Positions 1 through 9,933 of a DNA stretch of 20,000 nucleotides are shown piece after piece. Position 1 is the stretch's first letter, and every line of letters begins with the position of its first letter. Origin of the DNA: Chiloscyllium plagiosum (taxonomy: Eukaryota). A program made the position numbers and the translations under genes. The DNA lies in NCBI RefSeq assembly GCF_004010195.1, contig NC_057720.1, forward strand, positions 14,792,242-14,812,241, in the 5' to 3' direction. The notes beneath the pieces are model-generated. The model worked only from the letters and a program-made list of their open reading frames with translations, made no database searches and was not told the origin of the DNA.

Positions 1-2066
1 CAATAGTTTTCCTGAACAGTATGTAATGTGTAAGAAAAGGGGTAATCTGCCATGGGTGTCTAAGGAAATAAGGGAAACTATCAAATTGAAAAAGAAGGCA
101 TACAAAATGGCCAAGATCAGTGGGAAACTAGAAGATTGGGAAAACTTTAAAGGTCAACAGAAAGGCACAAAAAGAGCTACAGAGAAAGATAAGATAGATT
201 ATGAGAAAAAAGCGAACTCAGAATATAAAGACAGAAAGCAAAAGTTTCTATAAATATATAAAACAATAAAGAGTGGCTAAAGTAAACATTAGTCCTTTAG
301 AGGATGAGAAGCGGGATTTAGTAATGGGATATGAGGAAATGGCCAAGGGATTGAACAGGTATTTTGTGTCGGTCTTCACAGTGAAGGACATGATAACACG
401 CCAGTAATTGTCAAAGAGACAAAGGTAGGCGAGGACCTAGAAACTATCATTATCATGAAAAGAAGTAGTGTTGGGTGAGCTAATGGACCTAAAGGTAGAC
501 AAGTCTCCTTGCCCTGATGGAATGCAACCCAGGGTACTAAAAGAGACAGCGGGAAAAATAACAAGTGCACTTGTGGTAATTTTCCGAAATTCACTGGACT
601 CTGGGGCAGTTCCAGCAGATCGAAAACAGCAAATGTGACACCATTGTTTTAAAAAGGAAGGTAGACAAAAAATGGGGTATTATAGACCAGTTAGCTTAAC
701 TTCTGTAGTGGGGAAAAGGCTTGAGTCTATTATCAATGAAGAAATAGCAAGGCATCTCGATAGAAATTGTCCTTTTAGGCAAATGCAACATGGGTTCATG
801 AAGGGCAGGCATGCTAAATTAATCTTTTGGAATTCTATGAACACAGTGGACAACAGGGGCCCAGTAGATATGCTATATCTAGATTTCCAAAAGGCACTCG
901 ACAAGTTGCCACACAAAAGGCTGCTGTATAAGATTAAAAATGCAAGGCATTATGAGTAATATATTAGTATAGATAGAGGATTGGTTAACCAACAAGAAGC
1001 AAAGAGTGGGGATAAATGAGTGCTATTCTGGTTGGCAATCAGTGACGAGTGGTGTGCCTCAGAGATCAGTGTTGAGACCACAATTATTCACAATTTATGT
1101 CTGATTTGGAGTTGGGGAACCACGTGTAGGATGTCAAAATTTGTGGATGACATAGAGATGAGTAGTAGAGCAAAGTATGCAGACAACTGTGCGATGTTGC
1201 AAAGGGACATAGTTTAAGTGAGTGGGCAAAGGTCTGGCAAATGGATTATATATTTTATGGATTATATATTAATATGGATACAATGTTAATAAATATGAAG
1301 TCATCCATTTCAGTATGACTCACACTAAAAAGGACAATTACTTGAATGGTAAGAAATTGCAGCACGCTGCTTTGCAAAGGGACCTGGGTGTCCATGTGAA
1401 TGAATCACAGAAAGTTGGTCTGCAGGTGCAACAGGTAATTAAAAAGGCAAATGAAATGTTGTCCTTCATTGCTATAGGGATTGAGTTTAAAAGCAGGGAG
1501 TTTATTTTGCAACTGTATTGGGTGCTGGTGAGGAATTTTGGTCCCGTTACCTGAGAAAGGATGTACTGGCAGTAGAAGGGGTGCATGAGGAGGTTCATGA
1601 GGTTGATTCCTGAGTTGATAGGGTTGGTTTATGAGGAGAGACTGAGTAGACTGAGACTATACTCATTGGAATTTAGAAGAATGAGGGGGGATCTTATCGA
1701 AACATATAAAATTATGAAGGGAATAGATAAGATAGAAGTAGAGAGAATGTTTCCACTGGCGGGTGAAACTAGGACAAAACGGCATTGCCTCAAAATTAGG
1801 GGGAACAGATTTAGGACTGAATCCAGAGGGTTGTGAATCTACGGAATTCCCTGCCCAGTGAAAGTGGTTGAGGCTTCCTCAGTAAATATTTTGAAAGCTA
1901 AGTTAGATAATGTTTTGAACACTAAAGGAATTAAGGGTTATGGTGCGAGGACGGGTACATGAAGTGGAGACCACAAAAAGGTCAGCCATGACCTTATTGA
2001 ATGGCAGGACAGGCTCGAAGGGCCAGATGGCCTACTCCTGCTCCTAGTTCTTAGGTACTTATGTTC
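1..2066 (+). mobile_element. CR1-clade LINE, decayed ORF2 (RT and C-terminus) through the 3' end
   Basis: Fragmented ORFs YRPVSLTSVVGK, QHGFMKGR, YLDFQKA, SKFVDD (FADD variant), QRDLGV and MRGDLIETYKIMKG, with many stops and frameshifts. Ends gggccagatggcctactcctgctcctagttcttaggtacttatgttc, a CR1-like 3' tail. Confidence 0.93.
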
Positions 2067-2199
2067 AAATTCCAAACACAGTCAACATTCTGAAGACTAT
2101 TCAAGGGCTCCTCGCAAAGAACTTCCACTTCTTTGGCCTACCATCCTTATTTACAATTACTATGAATGGCACATTGTTGCTGGATGTGAATTTAAAAGC

Positions 2200-2690
2200 C
2201 ATGTTCCTAAAATACTTAAGCTGCACAAAGTTGAAGTAATGTCACTTTTGTAACATCGGAAACAAAGTGGTTTGTGCATTGCAAGCTCGCACAAACATCA
2301 CTGTGATAATGGCCAGATTATCAGTTTTGAGTGATGCTCATTTAAGGCTATTAATTGCCCAGGAACTTTGGATAACTGCCCTGTTGTCCTTCATATTTTT
2401 CTTGGGGTTTTCTTGGATTGGCCAGAAAGTGAGAGAGGAAAAGAGAGAGAGACAGAGAGAGACATGGAACAGAAATTGCTGGAGAAGCTCAGCAAGTCTG
2501 GCAGCATTTGTGGAGAGAGAGAGAAACAGAGTTAACATTTCAGGCCCAGTGACCCTTCTTCATAACCAGAAGAGAGATGGAGCCTTGGTTTAAAAATTGC
2601 ACCTCAGTAGTGCATTCTGTTCACGTCAGTTTTGAACCCACAACATTCTGACTCAAAAGGCAAGAATGCTTCACGCTGAGCCATAGCTTA
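2200..2690 (-). mobile_element. Old tRNA-derived SINE (SacSINE1/Deu-SINE-like), interrupted by an AG-rich tract and a Penelope fragment
   Basis: Reverse tRNA head at about 2630-2690 (ttgaacccacaacattctgactc...gctgagccatagct). Body gcaagctcgcacaaacatcactgtgataatggccagattatc resembles a remembered elasmobranch SINE. Boundaries approximate. Confidence 0.6.
2468..2567 (-). mobile_element. Penelope-like pLTR fragment with a degenerate hammerhead motif (2529-2567)
   Basis: Homologous to 11750-11830 in this window (aagctcagcaagtctggcagcatttgtgga...gttaacatttc...gtgacccttcttca). Minus strand reads GGTT-ATGAAGA-A-GGGTC actg GGCCT-GAAA-TG-TT-AACT. Confidence 0.7.
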
Positions 2691-2794
2691 GTGATCGGAG
2701 CTTTATTTCTGAAGACCCTAGCTGAAAGAGACTTATGTGAGCTATTCATTTACAGTTTAAAACAAAGAAACAGTTAAGTTTTTAAAATACTCAC

Positions 2795-2871
2795 CTTCCA
2801 GCCAGTCACACTAAAGGTTTTCCCCGCACTTCCAATGGTAATAGTCCTGTCCCACATGCCTGGCAAAGTGC
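2795..2871 (-). CDS. KYAT3: KYAT3 coding exon (77 bp) carrying the PLP Schiff-base lysine
   Basis: Flanked by ctttgccttcatag| and |gtgagt. 2 nt then TLPGMWDRTITIGSAGKTFSVTGWK; Lys codon at 2821-2819. TITIG...FSVTGWK favours KYAT3 over KYAT1 (recalled TLTIG...FSATGWK). Phase matches the 121-bp exon. Confidence 0.95.
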
Positions 2872-3946
2872 CTATGAAGGCAAAGGGCAAAATCAATGTG
2901 AAATTAACTGGCCACCTAACTCTGTTAAAGAAGTAAGCAACTTAAGGAAGTTCACTTCAATATAGTAAAAACACAGAGAAACTCAAGATAGCTCAGATTG
3001 TCAAGACAGAGTGTGGCTAAACCCTGGGAAGATGTTGGAATCTCTGCTTCTGACCACCATCCAGTGAGCTGTGGTTTGAATGTTGGTTAAGGATTAGGCT
3101 TAATGAGGATTCTGTGCTCCCCTTGATACAATGTCCCACTGTTTGGCAGATTTCCAGCTGCTATCCCACTTAACATCAAGCCCTGGCAAATCCCACCCTG
3201 AATGTTGAATAACAGGATACACCAGTCCTTACACTGCAAAGGCCGACTGTGGGAAATCAAGACTCAGTTGCCTGAATACACTGTGAAGCATGACTGTCTG
3301 ATTAAAATATCAGGGGCAAACAGGACCCATGTGAAGTAAGAAAGAACTTAAGGCTCAGGAGTGAAAGCTACGATGAGAGCAATCCTAATCAAGGAAAAGG
3401 AAACCTTCAATTGCTCCATGGAACAAAGGAAAAGGTAAGCAGAAGTGAACAAAGTCACCTAATTTGCTGACAGCAACAGGTTTTGTATAATTTATAACAT
3501 TTGCAGAACTAAAGATGCAGATTATATAATGTAGTATGTGTTTCTCAAATCCTCTAGCAAACGTATTTAATTTAAAGTTCATCCATTTTCTATTCTATAT
3601 CCCACAGCCAGCACTAACTATACTGCCATTGTTTAAGGTTTCCGTGCTGTATGATTCTATTAGCTACGGCATAGTATAAACCACAATGTCAGTCAATGCT
3701 GGAAAAGGGACTTTCAGAGGGACTGCAAGATTAAATTATTTCCAGAATCAATCTTGCTCAAAAAATAATCCCAAGGAAATCGTGTAAATCTGTCAAATCA
3801 GACAAGAAGAGTAAAGGCTTAACAGAAGGTCACGATTCTCCCCTCTCATCACCAGCAATAATCAAAGAGGCTTTTGAGCAGAACACAGGCAAAAGGAAAA
3901 AGCATTTCACAGCCATAACAGGAAAAAACATGAAGCCTAGTAAAAT

Positions 3947-4155
3947 GGGCGGCACGGTGGCACAGTAGTTAGCACTGCTGCCTCACAGCGCCAGAGACCC
4001 GGGTTCAACGGGTCAGGTGAATTGCCTGTAGTGTTAGGTTAAAGGGGTAAATGTAGGGGTATGGGTGGGTTGCGCTTCGGCGGGTCGGTGTGGATTTGTT
4101 AGGCCGAAGGGCCTGTTTCCACACTGTAAGTAATCTAATCTAATCTAATCTAATC
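3947..4155 (+). mobile_element. HE1/V-SINE-type tRNA-derived SINE, internally deleted
   Basis: Head gggcggcacggtggcacagtagttagcactgctgcctcacagcgccagagacccgggttcaa (A box and partial B box). CR1-like tail ggccgaagggcctgtttccacactgta followed by (TAATC)5. Lacks the central domain present in the copies at 5880 and 15964. Confidence 0.85.
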
Positions 4156-4479
4156 AAATGAAAAAGATCCATTTCAATAACAAAACCAGATAATTTCCAT
4201 TTATCATTAAAAGGTGGGAACTGACACCTAGTTGGTCTCGAGTGGTTTTAGGACAGTCACAACATGTGCTGTGCATCTAACTATCAACCAGGAGACTCAA
4301 GGCAGTGAATCTCAGAAAACCTGAGAAATACTTCTTGATAGATCTTACTTGGGGTTGAGACCTTCACCAAGCGGTTTTTACCTCAACGGGTTTTCTTGGA
4401 AAATGCTTACATAATGGCTAGTAAAAAGATATGACCTCCTGTCCTATCATGACAAGCCTCTTAAAATAACCTAATATTA

Positions 4480-4680
4480 ATACAAGGCTTTTAATATAGG
4501 AAAATGCCCTACAGCCCTCAGGTCTCCACAGGAATACAATCAAACAGAGACTGACATTGAGCCAAAGGAAGAACTATTAGGACAGATGACTAAATAATTT
4601 TAAAAGATGTGGAATTTATGGATTGCCTTAGAAAGGGGAGAGAGAAGTAGAAAAGTTTAAGGATACCAGAGAGTAGGCTA
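4480..4680 (-). mobile_element. Old L2-like LINE 3' fragment
   Basis: The stretch ctgacattgagccaaaggaagaactattaggacagatgactaaa...gagagaagtagaaaagtttaagga resembles the reverse complement of a remembered shark L2-type 3' end. Highly diverged. Confidence 0.45.
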
Positions 4681-4745
4681 AAAGAACTAATCATTGCTGC
4701 AGAATGTGTGCATACACCAGTATAAGCCCATTTCCTCAGTATTAC

Positions 4746-4866
4746 CTATTTTGATGTGCTTATGTCCATTGTACACGAGCCACTCATACACTTCATCACT
4801 GATGCAGAGAACATCATGCTTAATACACAGGTCTGCAATCATCTTCAGTTCTTCCATTTTAAATAC
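4746..4866 (-). CDS. KYAT3: KYAT3 coding exon (121 bp)
   Basis: Flanked by catgtattag| and |gtaat. Translates VFKMEELKMIADLCIKHDVLCISDEVYEWLVYNGHKHIKI plus 1 nt, with the PLP-contacting SDEVY motif. Phase 0/1. Confidence 0.94.
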
Positions 4867-5317
4867 CTAATACATGAACCACACTGCATTAGAATACGAT
4901 GGGGAACTCCAGCCAAAACACTAGTTCTTAGACAAGGAGTGTTAAAAAAAATGAATTTGTTCTTTTAAAATGCTGCAAAAACCAAGCTTTAAAAAAAAGC
5001 AGTCAAATGGCACACAGCATTGCAAGCTCAGGCTAATCTATCAAAACAAATGCAATCAAAGAACACATGCCAATTCGTTTATCAATAAAACCTCCAGGCC
5101 GGGCCTTGCATCATCATCATCCTTTTTATTTATAAGAGCAATAATAGATACAGAACCTCTTACTGTAGATTTGAAGAACAAGCAACATTTGATAAGACAG
5201 CAGCAGTGGAAGCTGTGTTACTTTCAGAAAACAGAAGCACGTGGTGTCAACTCAGAGAAAACGTCCAGGATTTAAAGAAGCAGCAAAAGGAACACTCAAG
5301 CCATTCAACAATGATCA

Positions 5318-5633
5318 GCATATAATCAAAGATCCCTCCCACCCTGGTTATAATCTCTTCCACCCTTTTCCATCGGGCAGATGATGTAAAAGACAACACA
5401 TACCAACAGATTTAAGAACAGTTTCTTCCCTGCCGTTATCAAACTTTTGAGTGGACCTCTCGTATATTAGAGTTTTCTCTGCACCTTCTCTGTACCTGTA
5501 ACACTGTTTTCTGCATTCTGTTCTATTACCCTGATGTACATATGTAAAGTATGATTTGTCTAACGAGCACCGCAAAACAATACTTTTCACTACATCTTGG
5601 TACATTTGACAGTAATAAATCGAATCAAATCAA
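5318..5633 (+). mobile_element. Rex1/Babar-type LINE 3' end
   Basis: Decayed translation IIKDPSHPGYNLFHPFPSGR*/THTNRFKNSFFPAVIKLL, the typical Rex1 C-terminus. Ends with aataaa and an (AATCA)n-like tail. Confidence 0.8.
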
Positions 5634-5850
5634 GGCAATTAAAATACTAGGTGTGTTATAGCCTTCAAATTAGTCAAAAGTTATCTATTAAATCCCTGTA
5701 AACTGAAATACATAACTTGTGGTTGAAGTATTTCTCCCACGCGCATAAGAATGTCTTTGTTTGAAAGAATGTGAATGGAGTTCAGTACTTGCTAAACAAT
5801 GTTATTTGATTTGATTTTAAATTTAAAAAGTAGAACATGTGATCCAACAT

Positions 5851-6750
5851 AAAGTCATATAGCGTGAAAACAGACCCTTTGGCTCAGTGGTTAGCACGGC
5901 TGCCTCTCAGTACCAGGGACCCAGGTTCGATTCCTGTCTCAGGCAACTGTCTGTGTGGGGTTTGCACATTCTCCCTGTGTCTATGTGGGTTTCCTCCCAC
6001 TATCCCAAGGTGATCAGGTGAATTGGCCATGCTAACTTGCACATAGTGTTAGGTGCATTAGTCAGGGGTAAACTTAGGGAAATAGGTTACTCTTCAGAGG
6101 GTTTTTGGGGCTGAAGGGCCTGTTTCTAAACTAAACTAGTCCCACCTGCCTGTATTTAGTCCAAACCTTTCCTATTCAAATGTCTTTTGAGCATTGTAAC
6201 TGTACCTGCATCCACCATGTGCACTGGCAGTTCATTCCACACGTAACCACTTTCTATGTAAAAAAGTTGTCCTTCCTATTCTTTACACATTGTTCTCCTC
6301 TAACCTTACCCCGAGTCTTGAACTCCCCCACCTTAGGGAAAAGACCTTGGCTATTTACCCTACTCATACTCCTCATGATTTTATAAACCTCTATAAAGGT
6401 CACCCTATCAAATTGCTATGCTCCAGTGAAAAACGTCCCAACCATTTTTTATAACTCAAACCTTCCGTTCCCTGCAACATCCTGGTAAACCTCTTCTGAA
6501 CCCTTTCGAATTTAATAATACCTATAAGAAGGCAACCAGTACTCCAGAAGAGGTCTCACCAACATCCTGTATGACCTCAATATGATGTCCCAACTCCTAT
6601 ATTCAATGATCTGAGCAATGATGCCAAACACCTTCGCAACCACCCCGTCTTCCTGTAACACAAATTTCAAAGAATTATGGCCCTGAGCTCCTAGGTGTCC
6701 CTGATCTACAACACTACCCAGGGACCAACCATTAATTGCATAAGTCCTGC
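5851..6750 (-). mobile_element. CR1 LINE 3' portion (decayed), host of a nested SINE
   Basis: Reverse-complement CR1 RT C-terminus and 3' UTR (cctcatgattttataaacctctataaaggtcaccc; gcaacatcctggtaaacctcttctgaaccc). The 3' end gtcatatagcgtgaaaacagaccctttgg is split by the SINE. Confidence 0.85.
5880..6132 (+). mobile_element. HE1/V-SINE-type SINE nested in the CR1 3' UTR
   Basis: A box tggctcagtgg and B box ggttcgattcc. Central gtttgcacattctccctgtgtctatgtgggtttcc domain. Tail ggctgaagggcctgtttc. Confidence 0.85.
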
Positions 6751-6825
6751 CCGCTACACATCTGCGAGATTGTTATTTGATGCTTAACTTTTCAGAAAAT
6801 CAAAGATTAGATTTTGAAGCCATAC

Positions 6826-6957
6826 CTTGCCCAATGGATTATTGGGTGTGTTAATGATTATTGCTTTGGTCCGAGAATTAAATTTACCGGAAAGCTCTTC
6901 TTCATCGAGTTTCCAATCTCCACTATCGCTTATGTCTTGCTCGACTTTCTCTTGTAC
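6826..6957 (-). CDS. KYAT3: KYAT3 coding exon (132 bp)
   Basis: Flanked by tcttcatttag| and |gtatgg. Translates VQEKVEQDISDSGDWKLDEEELSGKFNSRTKAIIINTPNNPLGK, with the class I/II aminotransferase NTPxNPxG motif. Phase 0/0. Confidence 0.92.
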
Positions 6958-7044
6958 CTAAATGAAGACACAAATGGTATATTTGACCTCTCCAACAGAA
7001 AATCTAGCATTTACAACAAACAAATAGTGGGAAATATTTAAAAA

Positions 7045-7180
7045 CATATGATCATAGCAAATAGGAGAAGTAAACCACTCAACCCCTCAAGCCTGCTCCA
7101 TCAATCAATCAATATCACTGCAGCTGATCTTCTCCCTCAACTTCATTTTCCCATCAGCTCCCCAAATCATTTGGTTTCCA
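7045..7180 (-). mobile_element. Decayed CR1-type 3' end fragment
   Basis: The stretch ataggagaagtaaaccactcaacccctcaagcctgctccatcaatcaat is the reverse of the tail type at about 1980-2066. Confidence 0.55.
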
Positions 7181-7589
7181 AGGTCAGGGGCTCCCAAACC
7201 ATGGGGACGTCAGCTCTGAGGCAGCAATGGAAACTGTCAAGGGAAGACTTTAGCTGTACAGTTTTGAGACAGACGCCAAGGTTCTAATGAAATACCAGGA
7301 GGATTTTTGGCTCCTGGGCCACATCACAATCTTTGAAATGGTTGTGGCAAAACTATCGACCCCTCACTCAACACCTATCCCTCCTCCCTCCCCGCTCATC
7401 AACTCCACCCTCCACTAATCAAATCTCCCATTCCCCAATTTGGTTACCCCAGACCCACTCAAAATTTCTTCTCCCGCAACTCTCTTCCCCAGTCCCCTCC
7501 CCAACTCAGTAACTTCCTCATCACCCCAAACAACTGTTGTGACATTGCTTTCAAGAGGACTATGCTAATGAGAAGTGAGATGCAAAAGA

Positions 7590-7830
7590 AACAAGGATGA
7601 TGTGAGAAAACACATTTTTACACAGCGAGTAGTTAGGATATGGAATGCACTGACGAGAAGGAAGCATTAATGGAAGTATTCAAGCAGGTATTGAATGAAT
7701 AGTAGTGTACAAAGCTATGGGGGGGCAAAGCAGGAGAACGGCAATAGGTAATGATGCTTGTTTGAAGAGCTGGTGCAAGCCATGATGGGCTGAACAGCTT
7801 TCTTCTGCATCTCAACAGTTCTGATTCTGA
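7590..7830 (+). mobile_element. Decayed CR1 3' end fragment
   Basis: tttttacacagcgagtagttaggatatggaatgcactg (FFTQRVVRIWNAL), ending gggctgaacagc...ttctgattctga. Confidence 0.7.
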
Positions 7831-7894
7831 GAAAGCAACCAGGATACAGAAAACGCTAAACCCTCTTAAAAAGATCTGCACCTTTACTGTTATA

Positions 7895-8020
7895 AGCTTC
7901 AGGGCTATGGGCCATGGGCAGGAAATTGGGATTAGAAAGGGCATCCAGGTGTCTTTGGGTTGGCATGGACAAGATAGGTCAAAAGCCTCCCTTCTGAGCT
8001 GTATCATTTCTGTGCTTCTG
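7895..8020 (+). mobile_element. CR1 3' UTR fragment
   Basis: agggctatgggccatgggcaggaaattgggattag...ggcatggacaagataggtcaaaagcctcccttctgagctgta, a CR1 3' terminal pattern. Confidence 0.55.
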
Positions 8021-8321
8021 AACCATGGCCTGCAGCCATTAGGCAGTTTATCTTGCAGCAACTGGTGTTAGGAAGTTGCAGCTGTGCTTAGCTGCTGAAC
8101 CTTGACAGTGCATTTGTCTGTTGGACAGACTTGGAATATATCCTCCAATAGACAGAACCTATCGCTAGAAGCTTGTGTTAAGCAAAGCTGGAACCACAAT
8201 GCCAAGAACTCTCTTTTACCCCCAATAATTCCCGACACCACCTGCCCTCAAACCCAGAATGTCACTATTTCTCAAAGATTAAATTGGGTCACATTAGGAA
8301 CAAATTTGGAAGGACTAGCCT

Positions 8322-8600
8322 AAGAAATCAAAAATCTCTCTCTCCCTTGAAGATACTCAATGTATCATCCACTAACCATTACAGATGGAGAATACGAAAG
8401 GTTCACAATAATTTCAATGAAGACATTTTCCATCACCTCAATCCTGAATGATTGCCACCATATCCTGAGATTGCGGCTCTAAGATTATGTTTTAGATTTC
8501 TCAGTCAGGGTGAATCAGTGTCTTAGTGTCTACCTTGTCAAACACCTTCAGAATCTTGCACATCTCAATGTGATCATCTCTTTATTTAGCGAAACTCCAA
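8322..8600 (-). mobile_element. Highly decayed CR1 fragment
   Basis: The reverse complement resembles the CR1 ORF2 C-terminus (tctaccttgtcaaacaccttcagaatcttgcacatctcaatgtgatcatctc). Confidence 0.5.
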
Positions 8601-9148
8601 AGTTTACTTAGCTTTAGATAAAAATTACCAACCGAGGTCTAGATAGTGAAACTGGAAACAATTATACTTGCAGAATTTCTCTTTCTGAGAAATATTTATA
8701 TTAGATATCAGAAAATAGGTGCAGGAGTAAGTAATTTCACTTCATCTTGCCTGTTTTGATCTCTCAGGAAGCCAAGGGATATGGAAGGGTCTGAACGGTG
8801 AAACAGACTCTATCTCCACACCAGTTCCTATTTCTCATGTTTTATCTTCTGTCATTCATGAGATTATTGCTGATCTTCAGGACTGAGTATTTTGTGTATC
8901 TTCAAACAAGCAAACAGTGTATCATGTTCACCAGGGCATTAAGTGATCGATGTCCCCATAAAATGGACAACGAGCAAAAATTTAGAGCATATTACATAAT
9001 GTGATAGTATTTATGTGCATCTCCAATTGACCGCTAATAGAAACTGTGTGGACAGTCAGAATGTACCACCTTCCTGAGGTTCTGCTAAAATTAACGTCGG
9101 AGGTCAGATGAACCTTGTAGCAATTCAGGCACTTACCTCTGACTGAAA

Positions 9149-9481
9149 CGAAGGTAAGACCGTTTGGTTTTAAAAGTGCTTACCGGTAGCGGGCAGCGGT
9201 GTTTTTTTTTTCTCTTTCACTCTCTCTTCACAGAAAGAGCGGGAGCACCAGCGGGAAGTGACGACGACCAGAGGGGCAGCCGGGAAGGAAAGCGGTGAGT
9301 ATTACTCACCCTTCGAAGCGGTCGGTCATTTCCAGTGCGAGCAGCAGCGAAGGTAAGACCGTTTGGTTTTAAAAGTGCTTACCGGTAGCGGGCAGCGGTG
9401 TTTTTTTTTTCTCTTTCACTCTCTCTTCACAGAAAGAGCGGGAGCACCAGCGGGAAGTGACGACGACCAGAGGGGCAGCCG
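9149..9481 (+). repeat. Direct repeat: 134 bp identical x2 (9149-9282 and 9348-9481), period 199 bp
   Basis: Compared base by base by eye; both copies include the same T10 run. 65-bp spacer at 9283-9347. Confidence 0.95.
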
Positions 9482-9552
9482 AGACACGGAAGCAGTTAGT
9501 GTAAGCTTACCTGGGTAGGATTTTTCCCCCTTTAAAAGCGCGAAGGACCCTC

Positions 9553-9933
9553 CGGGTCCTGGAGGGGGAGGGGGAGCAGCCCGAAGTCGTGGTCCATATT
9601 GGCACCAACGACATAGGTAGGAGGAGTGCCGAGGATGTTAGACAGGCTTTCAGGAAGCTAGGTTGGAAGCTCAGAGTTAGAACGAACACAGTTGTTGTCT
9701 CTGGTTTGTTACCCGTGCCACATGATAGAGATTCGAGGAATAGGGAAAGAAAACACTTAAATGCGTGGCTACAGGGATGGTGCAGAAGGGAGGGATTCCG
9801 GTTTTTGGATAACTGGGGTTCTTCCTGGGGACGGTGGGACCTCTATAAACAGAATGGTCTACACCTGAACCTGAGGGGCACCAGTATCCTTGGGGGGAGG
9901 TTTGCTAGTGCTCTTGGCGGGGGTTTAAACTAA
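9553..9933 (+). pseudogene. CR1 ORF1p C-terminal half (SGNH/GDSL esterase-like), N-terminally deleted
   Basis: RVLEGEGEQPEVVVHIGTNDIG (block III) through NGLHLN (block V, Asp replaced by Asn) to GGGLN*. No GDS block I and no ATG; in-frame TAA at 9502. Confidence 0.88.

Noticed and set aside
26..1836. Functional reverse transcriptase gene
   Set aside because: Broken into several frames by stops, frameshifts and deletions; a dead CR1 copy.
3947..4010. tRNA genes (also 5880-5935 and 16215-16285)
   Set aside because: The A/B boxes continue into SINE bodies and LINE-like tails; no complete cloverleaf is evident.
4756..5275. Plus-strand ORFs 4756-4968 and 4970-5275 (also 6814-7041)
   Set aside because: Antisense shadows of KYAT3 exons or chance ORFs with no recognisable motifs.
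9295..9335. GTGAGT...TTTCCAG as a real 41-nt intron
   Set aside because: Below the usual vertebrate minimum intron length, and the donor is locked in a palindrome. Kept only as part of the splice-motif cluster.
9149..9481. Repeat-spacer-repeat as a CRISPR-like array
   Set aside because: Only two 134-bp units, in a vertebrate intron and directly upstream of CR1 ORF1; no cas genes.
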